This document shows, in pieces, positions 26,597-39,980 of a stretch of DNA of 64,000 bases (the first letter of the stretch is position 1; the number at the start of each line of letters is the position of its first letter). Below the pieces are notes generated by a model. It saw only the letters and a list, made by a program, of their open reading frames with translations, ran no database searches and was not told the DNA's origin. The stretch comes from Octopus sinensis (lineage: Eukaryota). The translations under genes and the position numbers were made by a program. The stretch lies in contig NC_043011.1 in assembly GCF_006345805.1 (NCBI RefSeq), positions 48,434,464 to 48,498,463 of the forward strand. The letters are read 5' to 3'.

Positions 26597-27599
26597 CAGT
26601 GGCTCTCAAACATTTCTAGCCTGCGGACCCCTTTGATTCCTATATCTACTCAGGTGGACACCCTCATAGTCATTCCATGCTTTAAAAAAATCCTGTTAAA
26701 TTTTTTATAATTGAATATTATTAAGAATTGTATAAAAAATGTTGTTAAAATATTTTGTGTATTGTAAAGAGTATAACCGATTTCAATATTCTCTTTTAGT
26801 TGTTTCAGTCATTTGACTGCGGCCATGCTGGAGCACCACTTTTTAGTCGAGCAGATCGACCCCAGGACTTATTCTTCGTAAGCTTTGTACTTATTCTATC
26901 AGCCTCTTTTGCCGAACTGCTAAGTTACGAGGACGTAAACACACCAACATCGGTTGTCAAGTGATGTTGGAGGGAGGGGAAAACACAGACACACAAACAC
27001 ACACACAGATGCACATATATATACATATATACGACGGGTTTCTTTTCAGTTTCCGTCTACCAAATCCACTCACAAGGATTTGGTTGGCCCGAGGCTATAA
27101 TAGAAGACACTTGCTCAAGGTTCCACGCAGTGGGACTAAACTCAGAATCATGTGGTTGGCAAGCAAGCTACATACCACACAGCCACTCCTATAATATAAT
27201 TGAATTATTACTCATAAGTTTGCCCAAGGTGCCATGCAGTGGGACTGAACCCAGAACCATGTGGTTGGTAAGCAAGCTACTTACCACACAGCCACTCCTA
27301 TAGTATAATTGATTTATTACTCATAAACTTGCCCAAAGTGCCACACAGTGGGACTGATCCCGGAACCATGTGTTTGGTAAGCAAGCTACTTACCACACAG
27401 CCACTCCTATAATATAATTGAATGATTACTCATAAGTTTGCCCAAGGTGCTATGCAGTCTGACTGAACTCAGAACCATGTGGTTGGGAAGCAAGCTACTT
27501 ACCACACAGCCACTCCAGCCACTTCAAATTCATAAATTTGAACAACAAAATCTTATGCAGACCCCTAATGTCCATATGGACCCAGGTTGAGAACCACTG
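26597..27599. mobile_element. hAT (Charlie-like) MITE with a nested SINE
   Basis: terminal inverted repeats CAGTGGCTCTCAAAC / CAGTGGTTCTCAACC (13/15); 8-bp flanks ATCTATAG and ATCTACTG. Confidence 0.8.
26793..27517 (-). mobile_element. SINE family A followed by three 109-bp tandem copies of its head plus junction
   Basis: units 27191-27299, 27300-27408, 27409-27517. Confidence 0.9.
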
Positions 27600-28116
27600 A
27601 TCTACTGCATCATTTTGCTTAAAGAGTAAGTGAAATTTGGCCATCATTTTGCTCATGTTAGCTCATTCCCACGATAATTTCAAATTCATAACACTAAAAT
27701 GTTTACATAATTATTTATTCACTTCCACCATCAGGGGTTCCACCCCACACCGACCCACCCCGCCAATCTATCCATTCATCATCAAAAAAAAAAAGAAAGT
27801 AGATGCTGCTGTTTTTATCATATTTGTTTCCTTGATTGATTAATTGAATTCCTAAGTGTCCACTCTGGTGTTTCCGAAGCCAATCAAGCTTGGATGTCTA
27901 CATTTTCTCTCTGAATAGTTCCTAAGCAAAATGATATAACAGTTGTTTGTTTATTGCTTTCAGAGAGTTTTTGTATTTTAGCAACTTATTTTCATATTAA
28001 ATATATGGAGTGGCTTTATCCATCGTTTTGTATTAGGGGTTAGTTTGAGGCTATAATGAAATTAATTACACAATAAACATTCTGCAATAAAACTGATAGG
28101 TACACAGATAGGTATA

Positions 28117-28775
28117 CAGCTAGCTGGCAGAAATATTAGCACACCGGGCGAAATGCTAGTGATATTTCGTCTGCCGTTACATTCTGAGTTCAAATTCTGC
28201 CGAGATCCACTTTGCCTTTCATCCTTTCGGGGTTGATTAAATTAGTACCAGTTATGTACTGGGGTCGATATAATCGACTTAATCCATTTGTCTGTCTTTG
28301 TTTGTCCCCTCTATGTTTAGCCCCTTGTGGGCAATAAAGAAATAAGGTGGCGAGCTGGCAGAAACGTTAGCATGCCAGGCGAAACGCTTAGTGGTATATC
28401 GTCTGTCACTACGTTCTGAGTTCAAATTCTGCCGAGATCGACTTTGCCTTTCATCCGTTCGGGGTCGATTAAATTAGTACCAGTTATGTACTGGGGTTGA
28501 TATAATCGACTTTATCCATTTGTCTGTCCTTGTTTGTCCTCTCTGTGTGTAGCCCATTGTGGGCAATAAAGAAATAAGAATCACTAAACCACCAGGCGAA
28601 ATGCATAGCAGCATTTCGTCCATCCATACATTCTGAGTTCAAATTTTGCTGAGGTGGACTTTGCCTTCAATTTTTTAAGGGTTGATAAAACAAGGACCAG
28701 TTACACAATGGGGCCGAGGTAATCAATTTACCCCTCCCCTGACATTGCCGGCATCATGCCAAAATGTGAAACCGA
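28117..28775 (+). mobile_element. head-to-tail array of three SINE family C units
   Basis: repeated GAGCTGGCAGAA...TTCTGAGTTCAAATT...CTTTGCCTT. Confidence 0.85.
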
Positions 28776-28789
28776 TATCGCAGCATTGC

Positions 28790-29135
28790 TTGACTGTGGC
28801 CATGCTGGAGCACCACCTTTAGTCAAGGAAATCGCCCCCCCCGGACTTATTCTTTGTAAGCCTAGAACTTATTCTATCTGTCTCTTTTGCTGAACCGCTA
28901 AGTTACGGGGACATAAATACACCAGCATCTGTTGTCAAGTGATGTTGGGTGGGGACAAACACAGACACACAAACACACACACACATATATATATATACAT
29001 ATATACGACGGGCTTCTTTCAGTTTCTGTCTACCAAATCCACTAACAAGGCATTGGTCAGCCTGAGGTTATAGCAGTGGGACTGAACCCAAAACCATGTG
29101 GTTGATAAGCAAGCTACTTACCACACAGCCACTCT
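28790..29135 (-). mobile_element. SINE family A
   Basis: family motifs. Confidence 0.85.
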
Positions 29136-29684
29136 TGATATATTAAGAAACAAGTTTCTGATATTGGCTGCATAAATTACAGTGTAATATCAGGAACATA
29201 TGTAGTCATAATAGTGACTGGTATAAATTATCAAATAATACCAGCCATAAATATAAATATAATTGCTAGTTGTACAAAATACAGTGAGCTAAAGATCACA
29301 TATGGAGATTTAATAAATAACAGGACTAACTTTAGGCAAATACCGATTACATATGTCAGTATAAACTACAATAAAAACTGACCACATATGTAGACATGGT
29401 AACTAGTTGTACAAAGCATAGTCAACTACTGATCTCTATCTTTTACTTGTTTTTTGTAACTGGACTGTGGCCATGCTGGAGTACCACATTGCAGAATTTT
29501 TAGTCAAATCAATTCCTTTTTTTTTTAGACTGGTATTTATTCTATTGATCTCTTTTTTCCATACTGCTAAGTTGTCGAGTGGTGATGGGGGGGGGGACAC
29601 AAATGCAAAAATATGCATATATATACATACAGATATATATATATATATATAATCAAAATAAGCAACAAGGATATCCAGAGGTAA

Positions 29685-29776
29685 TGCAGTACGATCGTTT
29701 TATGTGACTCCATTTAATTGAACAGTACAATCATTTCATTACATCAATTTAAAATGTAGAGCAATCTTCAGTTGCA
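29685..29776 (-). ncRNA. degenerate hammerhead-like motif with long stem II
   Basis: TGCAA-CTGAAGA-(stem with CTC/GAG, CATTT/AAATG, AATTGA/TCAATT)-AAA-ACGATCGT-A-CTGCA; G12A change; palindromic stem III ACGATCGT. Confidence 0.45.
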
Positions 29777-30267
29777 CAAAGACATAGAATTTAATTAAAT
29801 TAGAACAGAAGGACATATTAGTATATATATATATATATACGATGGGCTTGTTTCAGTTTTTGTCTACCGAATCCATTCACATGCATACATATATATGCAT
29901 ATATATCTTAAATATGTTATATATATTATACAAGATAAGAAAATGGAGAAATACATCTAAATCAAATATCAATTATCAGATAATACTCATGGATATATGT
30001 TATCCCATGGAGGGTTGCATTTACAACCCCTATCTCAATTTATATATATTACATATATATTTATGTAAATACATATAATATAATATTGGTTTTGGAGGCA
30101 GTATTGAATCAATTACATCGACCCTCAAGCTTGACTGGTACTAATTTTATTAACCCTCCCCCACCCAAAGAAGAAAAATGAAGTTGACTTTGGCAGAATT
30201 TCAACTTAGAATATTAAGGCAGATGAAATGCCACTAAGCATTTTACCCAGGGTGCTAATAATTTTGC

Positions 30268-30877
30268 AGGACTAATGCAGTTTTGCACCTCACTTTGAAA
30301 AATACATTTTTTTGGATCCCTACTTTTTAGATGACAGAGATTACGTGTATGCAAAAAAATTTCTTTTAAATCCTCCCCACCCACCCCTCACGCTCTCATT
30401 TAAAGTTTCGAACTTTTACCAAATATTTTTTCCTGTGTTTTAGTTGACGGATATTCCAAATATGCCAGAAACCACATTTTTAAAATATTAAGTTCAATAA
30501 GCATATATTTATGTGTATAAAGAGATAGATAGATATGAATGTCTTCCTGGGGCTAAACACATCAGTAACACCGTCCTCTATAGGACTGTCACATTTAGTT
30601 GACAAATATATCATTTAGAGCAAACATGAGTAAAACACAAATTCTTTTCCCTTTAATGTGTTTGTATGTATTTAATTTTGATTTGCATATGTTTGTCAAT
30701 TCGCAACGATCTCTTTAGAGCAAGCAAAATCAAAATTCTAAATTGGGGGAGGGGTTGAATTAAATTTTTTTTATATTTGCCTATTCGTAATCTCCAACAT
30801 CTAAAATGTAGGAATCCGAAAAATGTTTTTCAAAAAAATGCATTTTTCTAGGAGAGGTGCAAAACTGCATTAGCTCC
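30268..30877. mobile_element. long-TIR non-autonomous DNA transposon (Mutator- or Merlin-like) inserted in a family C SINE
   Basis: perfect 20-bp inverted repeat CTAATGCAGTTTTGCACCTC (30272-30291 / 30854-30873) extending imperfectly inward; exact 8-bp target duplication AATTTTGC at 30260-30267 and 30878-30885. Confidence 0.8.
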
Positions 30878-31483
30878 AATTTTGCCAGCTCCCTGCCTTT
30901 AATATTGGCTATAAATTTTTTGCACAAGATCAACAATATAAGGGGAGAGGAGCAAGTCAATTACATGGCCCAAGTATTCAACTGGTACTTATTTTATCAA
31001 CCTCAAAGGGATGAAAGGCAAAGCTGACCTTGCTGGAATTTGAACCCAGGACATAAAGACTGATGGAATGCTGCTAAGCCTTTTGCCCGGAACAGTAACC
31101 ATTCTTCCAGTTTGGTGCCTTACATTACCTTAATATTTTGAAGACATTAAGTAAAACAGAAATCGCAAACAGAGAGAATTTATTCACATTAAAAAACCAC
31201 ATAACATTTTTTTCAAAGAGTTAATACCATTCTTTTTAAATAAAATCAATTTTTATTGCATTTTATGAAAAGACTCCACAGAATTATTCTATGGAACCCA
31301 ACTGTAAGAAACACTGATCTACACTAACACCTTTCAAACCTAACCCTCACATTTGCATAATGGAATAAACATAATAAAATATTTGCTTTAATACTTCCCT
31401 GTATATTTACTTTTCTTTCCTGTTTAAAGAATTTCCATTGTTGTTCATTTCTCCTTTGTTAGATTGATGGGATAAAAACCTTC

Positions 31484-31514
31484 ACTTACCTGAAATTATA
31501 AAGAAAAAGAAAAG
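31484..31514 (-). promoter_or_regulatory. recursive-splice-like site (3' and 5' splice sites juxtaposed)
   Basis: minus strand CTTTTCTTTTTCTTTATAATTTCAG|GTAAGT in non-repeat sequence. Confidence 0.4.
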
Positions 31515-31712
31515 TTATTATCTAATAAAATTATCATCATTATTTATGAAAGACAACAACAATTTAGCAGAAATAGTTAAGCTCTAAAATAAAATGGACA
31601 TGTAGTGTTTAGTACTCTTTTGAATAAAGATTTCAAATCCCAAATGTTGACTAGTGTCAATTAGCGTCAAATTAATCTTCTCAGTGGAGGCACATGGGTT
31701 AGTGAACAGGGT

Positions 31713-32110
31713 ACTCTTTTACTTGTTTCAGTCATTTGACTGTGGCCATGCTGGAGTACCACCTTTTGTCGAATCAAATCGACCCCAGGACTTATTGTTT
31801 GTAAGCCTAGTATTTATTCTATCGGCCTCTTTTGCTGAACCGCTAAGTTACAGGGACATAAATACACCAGCATCGGTTGTCAAGCAATGTTGGGGGGACT
31901 AACACAGACACACAAACATATACACACACATACATATACATGTACATATAGATGATGGGCTTCTTTTAGTTTCCGTCTACCAAATCCACTCAGAAGGCTT
32001 TGGTTGGCCTGAGGCTATAGTAGAAGACACTTGCCCAAGGTGCCATGCAGTGGGACTGAACCCGGAACCACATGGTTCGTAAGCAAGCTACTTACCACAC
32101 AGCCTCTCCT
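31713..32110 (-). mobile_element. SINE family A, full length
   Basis: family motifs. Confidence 0.9.
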
Positions 32111-32822
32111 TTAGACTCTTGATAGTAAGACTATGGTTTCAATTCCTGGACAAGGTGATGTATTGCATTCTTGAGCAAACCGTTTCATTTTATGCTATTC
32201 CAGTTCACTCACCTGATAAGAATTTGTAATGCTGTGACAGAACAGCGTCCTGCTCTGGGAGGAACGTATATGCCAGAGAAACCAGGAAACCAGCCCCATG
32301 CTTCTTACTGAGTAATGTGGACTAACCTAAGTCTTCTCTCTGGGGTTGCTAATGTAATTATCAGTAACACATATGGGGTAATTTCAAGAAGTGGCTTTGT
32401 ACCAATGTGCAAAATCGATATAGTTATTTTATTTTTCAAAGCAAAATAGAGCAAAAAAATTTCTGTAAGAAAAGAAGATATTTGGAATTCTAGCATACAT
32501 AATGGTTATTAAATTTCCAAATTCTAATAAACAAATAACTTCCAATAAATAGATAAAAAGAGAAGGAAAGAAAATTAATTTTGATGTTCTAAACCAAATA
32601 ATTTGTAAAGATTTCAAGATTGTGGTCAACTGTGCTCAACTGGCATTTTTTTTTACTGGCCCTCAGAAGGATGAAATGCAAAGTTGTTCTCAGGGGAATT
32701 TGAACTTAGAATGTAAAGTTGGATGAAATGCTGCTTAGAATTTTACCAGGTATGGATACTGGCCACTTGGACTGCTAGAAAGAACAGCATACAAATTTAT
32801 CTCTAAGCAGTCCCTATTTTAA

Positions 32823-33043
32823 CTCTTCCACTACCAACCTGGCTGAAACCACATCTGGCTCCGTAGTACAAATGTCTTGTTTTCTTAAGTTTTGAATTAA
32901 AATCTTCCACCAAACCTTAGTCACAATTTATGTTCCTAAAACTAGCTTAATGATAACTAAGTTATTTTACTAAATTCTTTGTTATATTTAAAATAATCGA
33001 GAGAAACACAGAGCATCTCAAAATAAATGCGGTAATGAAAGGG
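32823..33043. mobile_element. piggyBac-like MITE
   Basis: TTAA at both ends; terminal inverted repeats CTCTTCCACTACC / CCCTTTCATTACC (10/13). Confidence 0.7.
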
Positions 33044-33979
33044 TTAAGTGTTAAGTTACAGTAGATAAAGGGATACAACATAAACAACAAGACTAGTTTT
33101 TTAGCTGGTGAATATATAAACACATATAGAACTAACAAAAACAACAACTGCATCAATATAAGACCAGTCAGTGAAGCTCTAACAAAAGGCCATGATTGTT
33201 TGCTTTCTGATGACAAAACCATAAAAAAAATGAAGCAGTCCATTTCATTTTTTTTTTTTTGTTCTTTTAATGCAGAGTATAGTGGATATCAAGGAGACAT
33301 TGTCATGGTTAATATTCATTTTGGTTGAAGGGGATAAAACATAAACCAAGATTAAATTCTAGATGCTTGAAATCTGGGAAGGAAAAAGTCGGTAAAATGT
33401 GCTTTGTCTGTAAGTTTCAAGGAATCGAGAGACTAAAACGATCGCAAGCAAAGAAGAGGTGAGTTAAATTGTTGGGTTTACTTTGAGAAGATATATATAA
33501 TCAGTAAATTCAACAGAGTAAGAGCCTAAGTAGCAGTAGAAAAAGAGACAGAGAGAGGACACAGTAGGGTAGGTGATGGTTGGAAAATGGGCGAAGAATA
33601 CTAATGTTCAATGAATCTTTACTTATCAGGTGAATAATCTTTAATTCTTTTTTTTTTCTTTGGATGTATAGAGAAAAGCAATATATCTTTGAGTAAGACT
33701 AATTGACTGATTGTTAAGAGGTCTAAGTGATAAGAACTGGGAATGGTATCCACTCTTGAAACTAGGTGAAGCTAATTACATGACAGAATACTTACATTCT
33801 GCTGATTTAGTTGAAATGGAAATCAACTTAACATATAAATGCAGTGTTTACAGTACAATCATGTGTACACATATGTAGGTTTTGACTTGAACATATATTT
33901 GAAAACATTACTTCAGTGTTTGTGTCTGTATATGTCCACATAAATCTAAATGTATTCTGTTTTAGATTTCTTTTGTTAT

Positions 33980-34385
33980 TCTTTTACTTGTTACAGTCAT
34001 TAGTCTGCGGCCATGCTGGGGCACCAGCTTGAATTTTTTTAGTTGATTGAATCGATTCTAGTCCTTATTTTGTAAGCCTAGTACTTAGTTTATCGGTCTT
34101 ATAGTTGAACTGCTAAGTTACAGGGAGGCAAACACAGCAACACCAGTTTCAAGTGATGGTAGTAAGGAACTAACACAGACACAAAGATACACACTCACAC
34201 ACACATATATATATACACACACATACACATATATACGACACACTTCTTTCAGTTTCGGTCTACCAAATCTCCTCACATGGATTTGATCAGCCCAAGACAA
34301 AAGTAGAAGACATTTGTCCAAGGTGCCACACACTGGAACTGAACTCGGAATCATGTGGTTGGGAAGCAAGCTTCTTACCACAGAG
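33980..34385 (-). mobile_element. SINE family A, diverged
   Basis: family motifs. Confidence 0.85.
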
Positions 34386-35342
34386 CATGTCTATACGCAC
34401 ATGCAAACACACATACATATCTACATGTTAATAGATAGTTGTGTGTGTGTGTGTGTATAGTGGTTTGGGAAAAGAAACCAATAGAATAAGTTAAAAGGCC
34501 TTAAAGAAAAAATAAGGTCTGATGTTGATTCCTCCAACTAAAAATTCTTCAAGGCAATGTGCTCCAGCATAGCCACAGTCTAATGACTGAAACAAGTAAA
34601 AGGAAAAAAAAAAATACAAAACACTACAGGTATTTTGTCTTGTCCCCTAACCATTCTCCTATGAAGGAATTGAAAATAAAGAGGATACAGGAAGATGAAA
34701 GAGAAAATAAACTAGAAACCATAAGTGATAGACATGTAGTTAAGTCTTGTCAGTGAGTGAATGGCTTTTGTCAGTTTTAAATTGCTGTTTATAATATAAA
34801 ATATCTTATATCTCAGGAGGGTCATTGAAACAAAATAACTAATATAATTTTCATTAGAAAGCAAGTTGTTAATTTTTAAGCACTAAATTAATTGCAGTAC
34901 AGTATTTCCAATCTCATTAGTTATTAAAAAGTCAAAAGAAATTACCAATTATGTTTAGAATTAAATTTTGTAGCTACGTCCCATTTATTTATTTTCAAGC
35001 ATCTAATTTCTCCTATTTTATGTATTTATTGTTTACAAAAAGATTTTTTGTCAATCTAAATTCCTTTCACCCATTTAAATTCCTTTCAGTTTTAATTTAT
35101 GTTAAAATTACAAATTTTAATTCAAAAACAGTCAGCAACACATAAAAGGAAAAAAAGAAATGAAACAGCAATGGAAACAAGTTCTAAAAGACATAACCAT
35201 CCATCATTTATCCTACCATTATTTCTTACATAGCATATCTAAAACAATATAATGTTAATCCTTTAGCATTCAGAATACTTTCTCAAATGTAAAGCTTATT
35301 AATTCACATTGTTTTAAATTAATCATACATTATCTTGTAGAA

Positions 35343-35680
35343 GTCCCGACTGGCTTCTGTGCCGGTGGCACATAAAAAGCACCATCCGAACGTGGCTGTT
35401 GCCAGCGCCGCCTTGGCTGGCTTCCGTGCCGGTGGCACGTTAAAAGCTCCAACCGATCGTGGCTGATGCCGGACCCCCCCTAGCACCTGTGCAGGTGGCA
35501 CGTAAAAAGCACCCACTACACTCGCGGAGTGGTTGGCGTTAGGAAGGGCATCCAGCCGTAGAAACTCTGCCAGATCAGACTAAAGCCTAGAGCAGCCCCT
35601 GGCTTCCCAGACTCTGGTCGAACCGTCCAACCCGTGCTAGCGCGGAAAACGGACGTTAAACAATGATGATGATGATGATG
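35343..35680 (+). mobile_element. RTE LINE 3' UTR fragment inserted in a TTAA-CCTTTAGCATT MITE
   Basis: family motifs and (GAT)n tail; host MITE starts ~35259. Confidence 0.8.
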
Positions 35681-36060
35681 TGATTGTCTATTTTCAGAAT
35701 TACATTGTAGGGTAAGTGTTAGAGGCCAGATCTGGAATATTTGAGCCAGATATGGCCAGTTTCAATGCTCTAGCTTCTTTTTAAAAAGTATTTAGGATTT
35801 AAAAAGATCTTCTGTCCATTTATGTTAAAATTACAAATTTTAATTTAAAAACAGCCAGTGATACATAAAAGGATAAAATAAAACAGAAATGAATACAAGA
35901 TCCAACGGACTTTACCATCCATCATTTACCCTACTATTATTCCTTACTTAGTATATCTACGACAAAAAATTTTTTAGCATTCAAACTACTTTCTCAAATG
36001 CAGGGTTTAATAGAGATTTGAAAAGTCAATGATGTGATTGTATATTTTCAGAATGATATT

Positions 36061-36470
36061 GCGTTGCCTTACTGGCACTCGAGCCCCATGCTAGTAGGGT
36101 GTTAAGAGCGCCATCCGAGCATGATTGTTGCCAGAGTAGCTACCTGGCCTCCATGCCAGTAGCACGTAAAAGATACCATTCGAGCGTGATCGTTACCAGC
36201 ATCGTCTTAATGGCACCTGTGCCAGTGGCATGTGTAAAAGATTAGAGCGAGGTTGTTGCTAATACTGCTTGACTGGCCCCATGCCGGTGGCACGTAAAAG
36301 CACCCACTACACTCTCGGAGTGGTTGGCATTAGGAAGGGCATCCAGCTGTAGAAACTCTGCCAGATCAAGATTGGAGCCTGGTGCAGCCATCTGGATCGC
36401 CAGCCTTCAGTCAAATCGTCCAACCCATGCTAGCATGGAAAGCAGATGTTAAATGATGATGATGATGATG
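36061..36470 (+). mobile_element. RTE LINE 3' UTR fragment
   Basis: family motifs; ATGATATTG occurs at both junctions (possible target duplication). Confidence 0.8.
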
Positions 36471-37749
36471 ATATTGTAGGGTAGCTGTGAGAGGCTAAAT
36501 CTGGTCAGTTTGAATATAAAACAGATCGACTATTTAGGCTGGATATGGTCAGTTTAAATGCTAAAGGTTTATGTCACACATTCAGATGACCTCTACCCAA
36601 CTCGTCTTACTCTACTCCCAAATGCTGACGTCTAGGCTTCTCCCTATATATCTACATATTGGGCTGGTCTACTTCAATTTCTGGGGGCGTCCACGCAACA
36701 AGGTTATCTTTTCTTTCGTTCAAATCAGTAACATGTGATTTAATGAATTATTTTGCTGCTATATCTGAAAGAAAGCACCTGTGGAAGCTCCATTCCTCAA
36801 AAATTCTCAATTGTTGACGACAGTATTTATAGACAGCTAGACTAATTATCATATGGTATTAATTATTCCCTTTTATTCTCAGGGCTCAAATACTTTTGGA
36901 GCCTGTATCTGTCTTTGATATCGCCAAAGTTAATGTAGTAAGTTAATGTACCGGTAATATACTGGTTTCCATTTTTTTCATTTCTTGCCTTTTATGTATT
37001 ACTGATGACTGTTTTCTAATTAAAATTCATAATTTTAGCAAAAACTGAAATGGAAGGAATTTAACTTGACAAAAGATGTTTTTAAAATTATAGATGCTTT
37101 AATAAAAAGGAGTTCCGATATTGAAACTGGCCAAATCTAGCCCAAATATTCCATTAAATCAATGTTATACACCACCCACATAAATTTTTAGTCTGGTATC
37201 ATTTTAAGAAATAGTTATTAAAATCAACAGACATGCAGCATGGAATTTTGTCAGTGAACAGGTCATGGTCTCAAAGCAACGAAAATATTTTGGCAAATGA
37301 AATTTAAATGTTGAACTGAATCTAAAGGTTTTTGTGTGTTTTTAAATGGCTTATAAACACCATCAACGCTGCAATTGCTTTTGTTTCAGCACAAAATCTC
37401 AGATCAGGTCACTTGCTATGCAAGTACATCTCCATAATTATTAAAATCATTAACAATGTTATTGCACTTCTTAAATGTATTTGAACTGTCTTCTATCACA
37501 TTCAAGCTTAATTCAAGCCATTTCTTATTACAATTAACTCTTTAGCATATAAACTGGCCATTTCTGGCCCAAATATCCAACCTATTTTATGTTCAAACCA
37601 GACAGTTCTGATCTCTCACATATACCCAACAAATCCATTCTAAAAATACCCAATTACATGAATGAAATCTTGAAGATACGAGATGATGAATGATGAATTT
37701 AGGACACTGGAAATAAAAAAAGTGTTACATTTGACAGAGTTATTCTTTC

Positions 37750-37952
37750 ATTCTTTTACTTGTTTCAGTCATTTGACTGTGGCCATGCTAGAACACCACC
37801 TTTAGTCGAACAAATCAACCCCAGAACTTATTCTTTGTAAGCCTAGTACTTATTCTATTGGTCCTTTTTGCCAAACTGCTAAGTTATGGGGACGTAAACA
37901 CACCAACATCGATTGTCAAGCGATGTTTGGGGGACAAACACAGACACACAAC

Positions 37953-37998
<46 letters not shown>

Positions 37999-38160
37999 TG
38001 ATGGGCTTCTTTCAGTTTCTGTCTACCAAATCTACTCACAAAGATTTGTTCAGCCCAAAACTATAGGGGAAGACACTTGCCCAAGCTGCCGCGCAATGGT
38101 ACTGAACTCGGCGCCATGTGGTTAGTAAGCAAGCTACTTACCACACAGTCACCCTTGCAC
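37750..38160 (-). mobile_element. SINE family A, following a TTAA-type MITE that starts at 37538
   Basis: family motifs. Confidence 0.85.
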
Positions 38161-38286
38161 CTAAAAAGCACTTTTTAAACATGAAAAGCATGTTAGTATC
38201 TTTTAAGATGGAGTAAGAAGAGATTTGTAAGCAGTGGGAGTGATATACATGAAGACACAATGTTCCTTTGATCAAAGGACTAGAAC

Positions 38287-38835
38287 ATCATCATCATCAT
38301 CATTTAACGTCCATGCTGGCATGTGTTGGACGGTTTGACTCGGCTGGCACGCTGGAAGGCCATGCCAGGCTCCAGTCTGATTTGGCATGGTTTCATACAG
38401 CTGGATGCCCTTTCTAACACCAACCACTCCAAGAATTTTAGTGGGTGCTTTTATGTGCCACCAGCATGGGTGCCAATTTGTGCGATACCGGTATCTGCTA
38501 TGACTGTGATTTTGCTTGGTTTGATGGGTCCTCTTCTCAAGCACAACATAATGCCAAAAGTCTTGGTCATTGCCTCCATAAGGCCCAACACGCAAAAGGA
38601 ACTCAGCCACTTTGCCTCCATGAGGCCAAATACTCGATAGAAACTCAGCCACCTCACCTCCACGAGGCCCAACACTCAAAAGGGACTCAGTCACTTTGCC
38701 TGTGTTAGGCTCTACACTTGAAAGCAAGATAACCACTTTGCCTCTCCATGAGGCCCAATGTTCAAAGATTGATTTGATATATATTTATCAAATCCAACAT
38801 GTGATCTATTTTTGCAAGGCCTCCCAGGGCGCCTG
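38287..38835 (-). mobile_element. RTE 3' UTR variant with a 42-bp tandem repeat (about five units, 38572-38765)
   Basis: (CAT)n tail and family motif CAGCTGGATGCCCTT; unit GCCTCCATGAGGCCCAACACTC...CTCAGCCACTTT. Confidence 0.7.
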
Positions 38836-39137
38836 TGATGTAATGGAAATAATGATGTACCATACCAGAATTGGGCAAACTGATGTAAAATTCAATACGA
38901 AGAAAACAAACATGCCAAACTGTCCATTGTAGTGTCAAATGGAAACAAATAATACACAACAGATTCAAACATAAATCATTGCAATATTAATAAATATCAT
39001 AGAAATTTGAAAAATGAATTGATTTCTTAGAATACATTTCAAGAATCCAAATAAAATGAATAATAGCAATAATCAGATAAATGGAATGTGAAAAAAATAA
39101 GACTATACACATATGTGTATGAATAGCTGCATGTAAG

Positions 39138-39180
<43 letters not shown>

Positions 39181-39785
39181 GTATATATATATGTATGTAT
39201 GTATGTATATGTATATATATGTGTATGTATGTATGTATGCTCGAATGCGTGGCTGAGTATTTACATGGAAGAAGATGGAGAAAACAGGAAGTGTAATTTA
39301 ATTAAAATAATGAGTTATTTATTTTATTACTAAATATTAGCTTGGAAGATTTCGCTATTGTTTCTTTCTTTTTGTTCATTTTTTTTTTTTTTTTTTTTAC
39401 CAAATTGTTGAAGATAATGTGTAAAAATATTATATACAACTACTTAGAATTAGTCAATATATAATAAATTACCAGTGCTGATATCAGTAGCATAATAATC
39501 ATTATTCTCTTTAGGAATTCTTGCATTAAAAAAAAAAATCATTTCTTTCTGCAATAATAGAAATTACAATAACGGTTATGATTTCTAACTTTGGCACATG
39601 TCCACTAATTTTAAAAGTGTTGGAAGCAATGAGATCAATGCTTAACACTTCGCTTATTCTGTTCTAGAAGGTTGAAAGGTAAAGCAGACTCCCAGGAGAA
39701 TTTAAACTGTGATGGGAGAAATAATAATGGTGATTTATTTTGTTGGTCGTAAGGGGGAAGAATGGAAGGACATTACTGGGGCAAG

Positions 39786-39858
39786 TGCTCCATGGCCCAA
39801 TAGATAAGGTACCGGCCTCCTAAGCTGGGGATTGCAGGTTTGAGTCCTGTCAGAGGTA
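39786..39858 (+). pseudogene. tRNA-Arg(CCT) pseudogene
   Basis: anticodon arm CCGGC-CTCCTAA-GCTGG, T arm GCAGG-TTTGAGT-CCTGT; D-loop GG changed to AG, T-loop TTC changed to TTT, acceptor stem 5' strand poorly paired; no encoded CCA. Confidence 0.8.
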
Positions 39859-39980
39859 GATTCTATATTTTGTTCTATATTTTGTTCAACCCATGCCAGC
39901 ATGGGAAATGGACATTAAACGATGATGATGATGATGATGGTGAATTTTTTGTGAAAAACAACAACAGAAAAACAAAGGAT

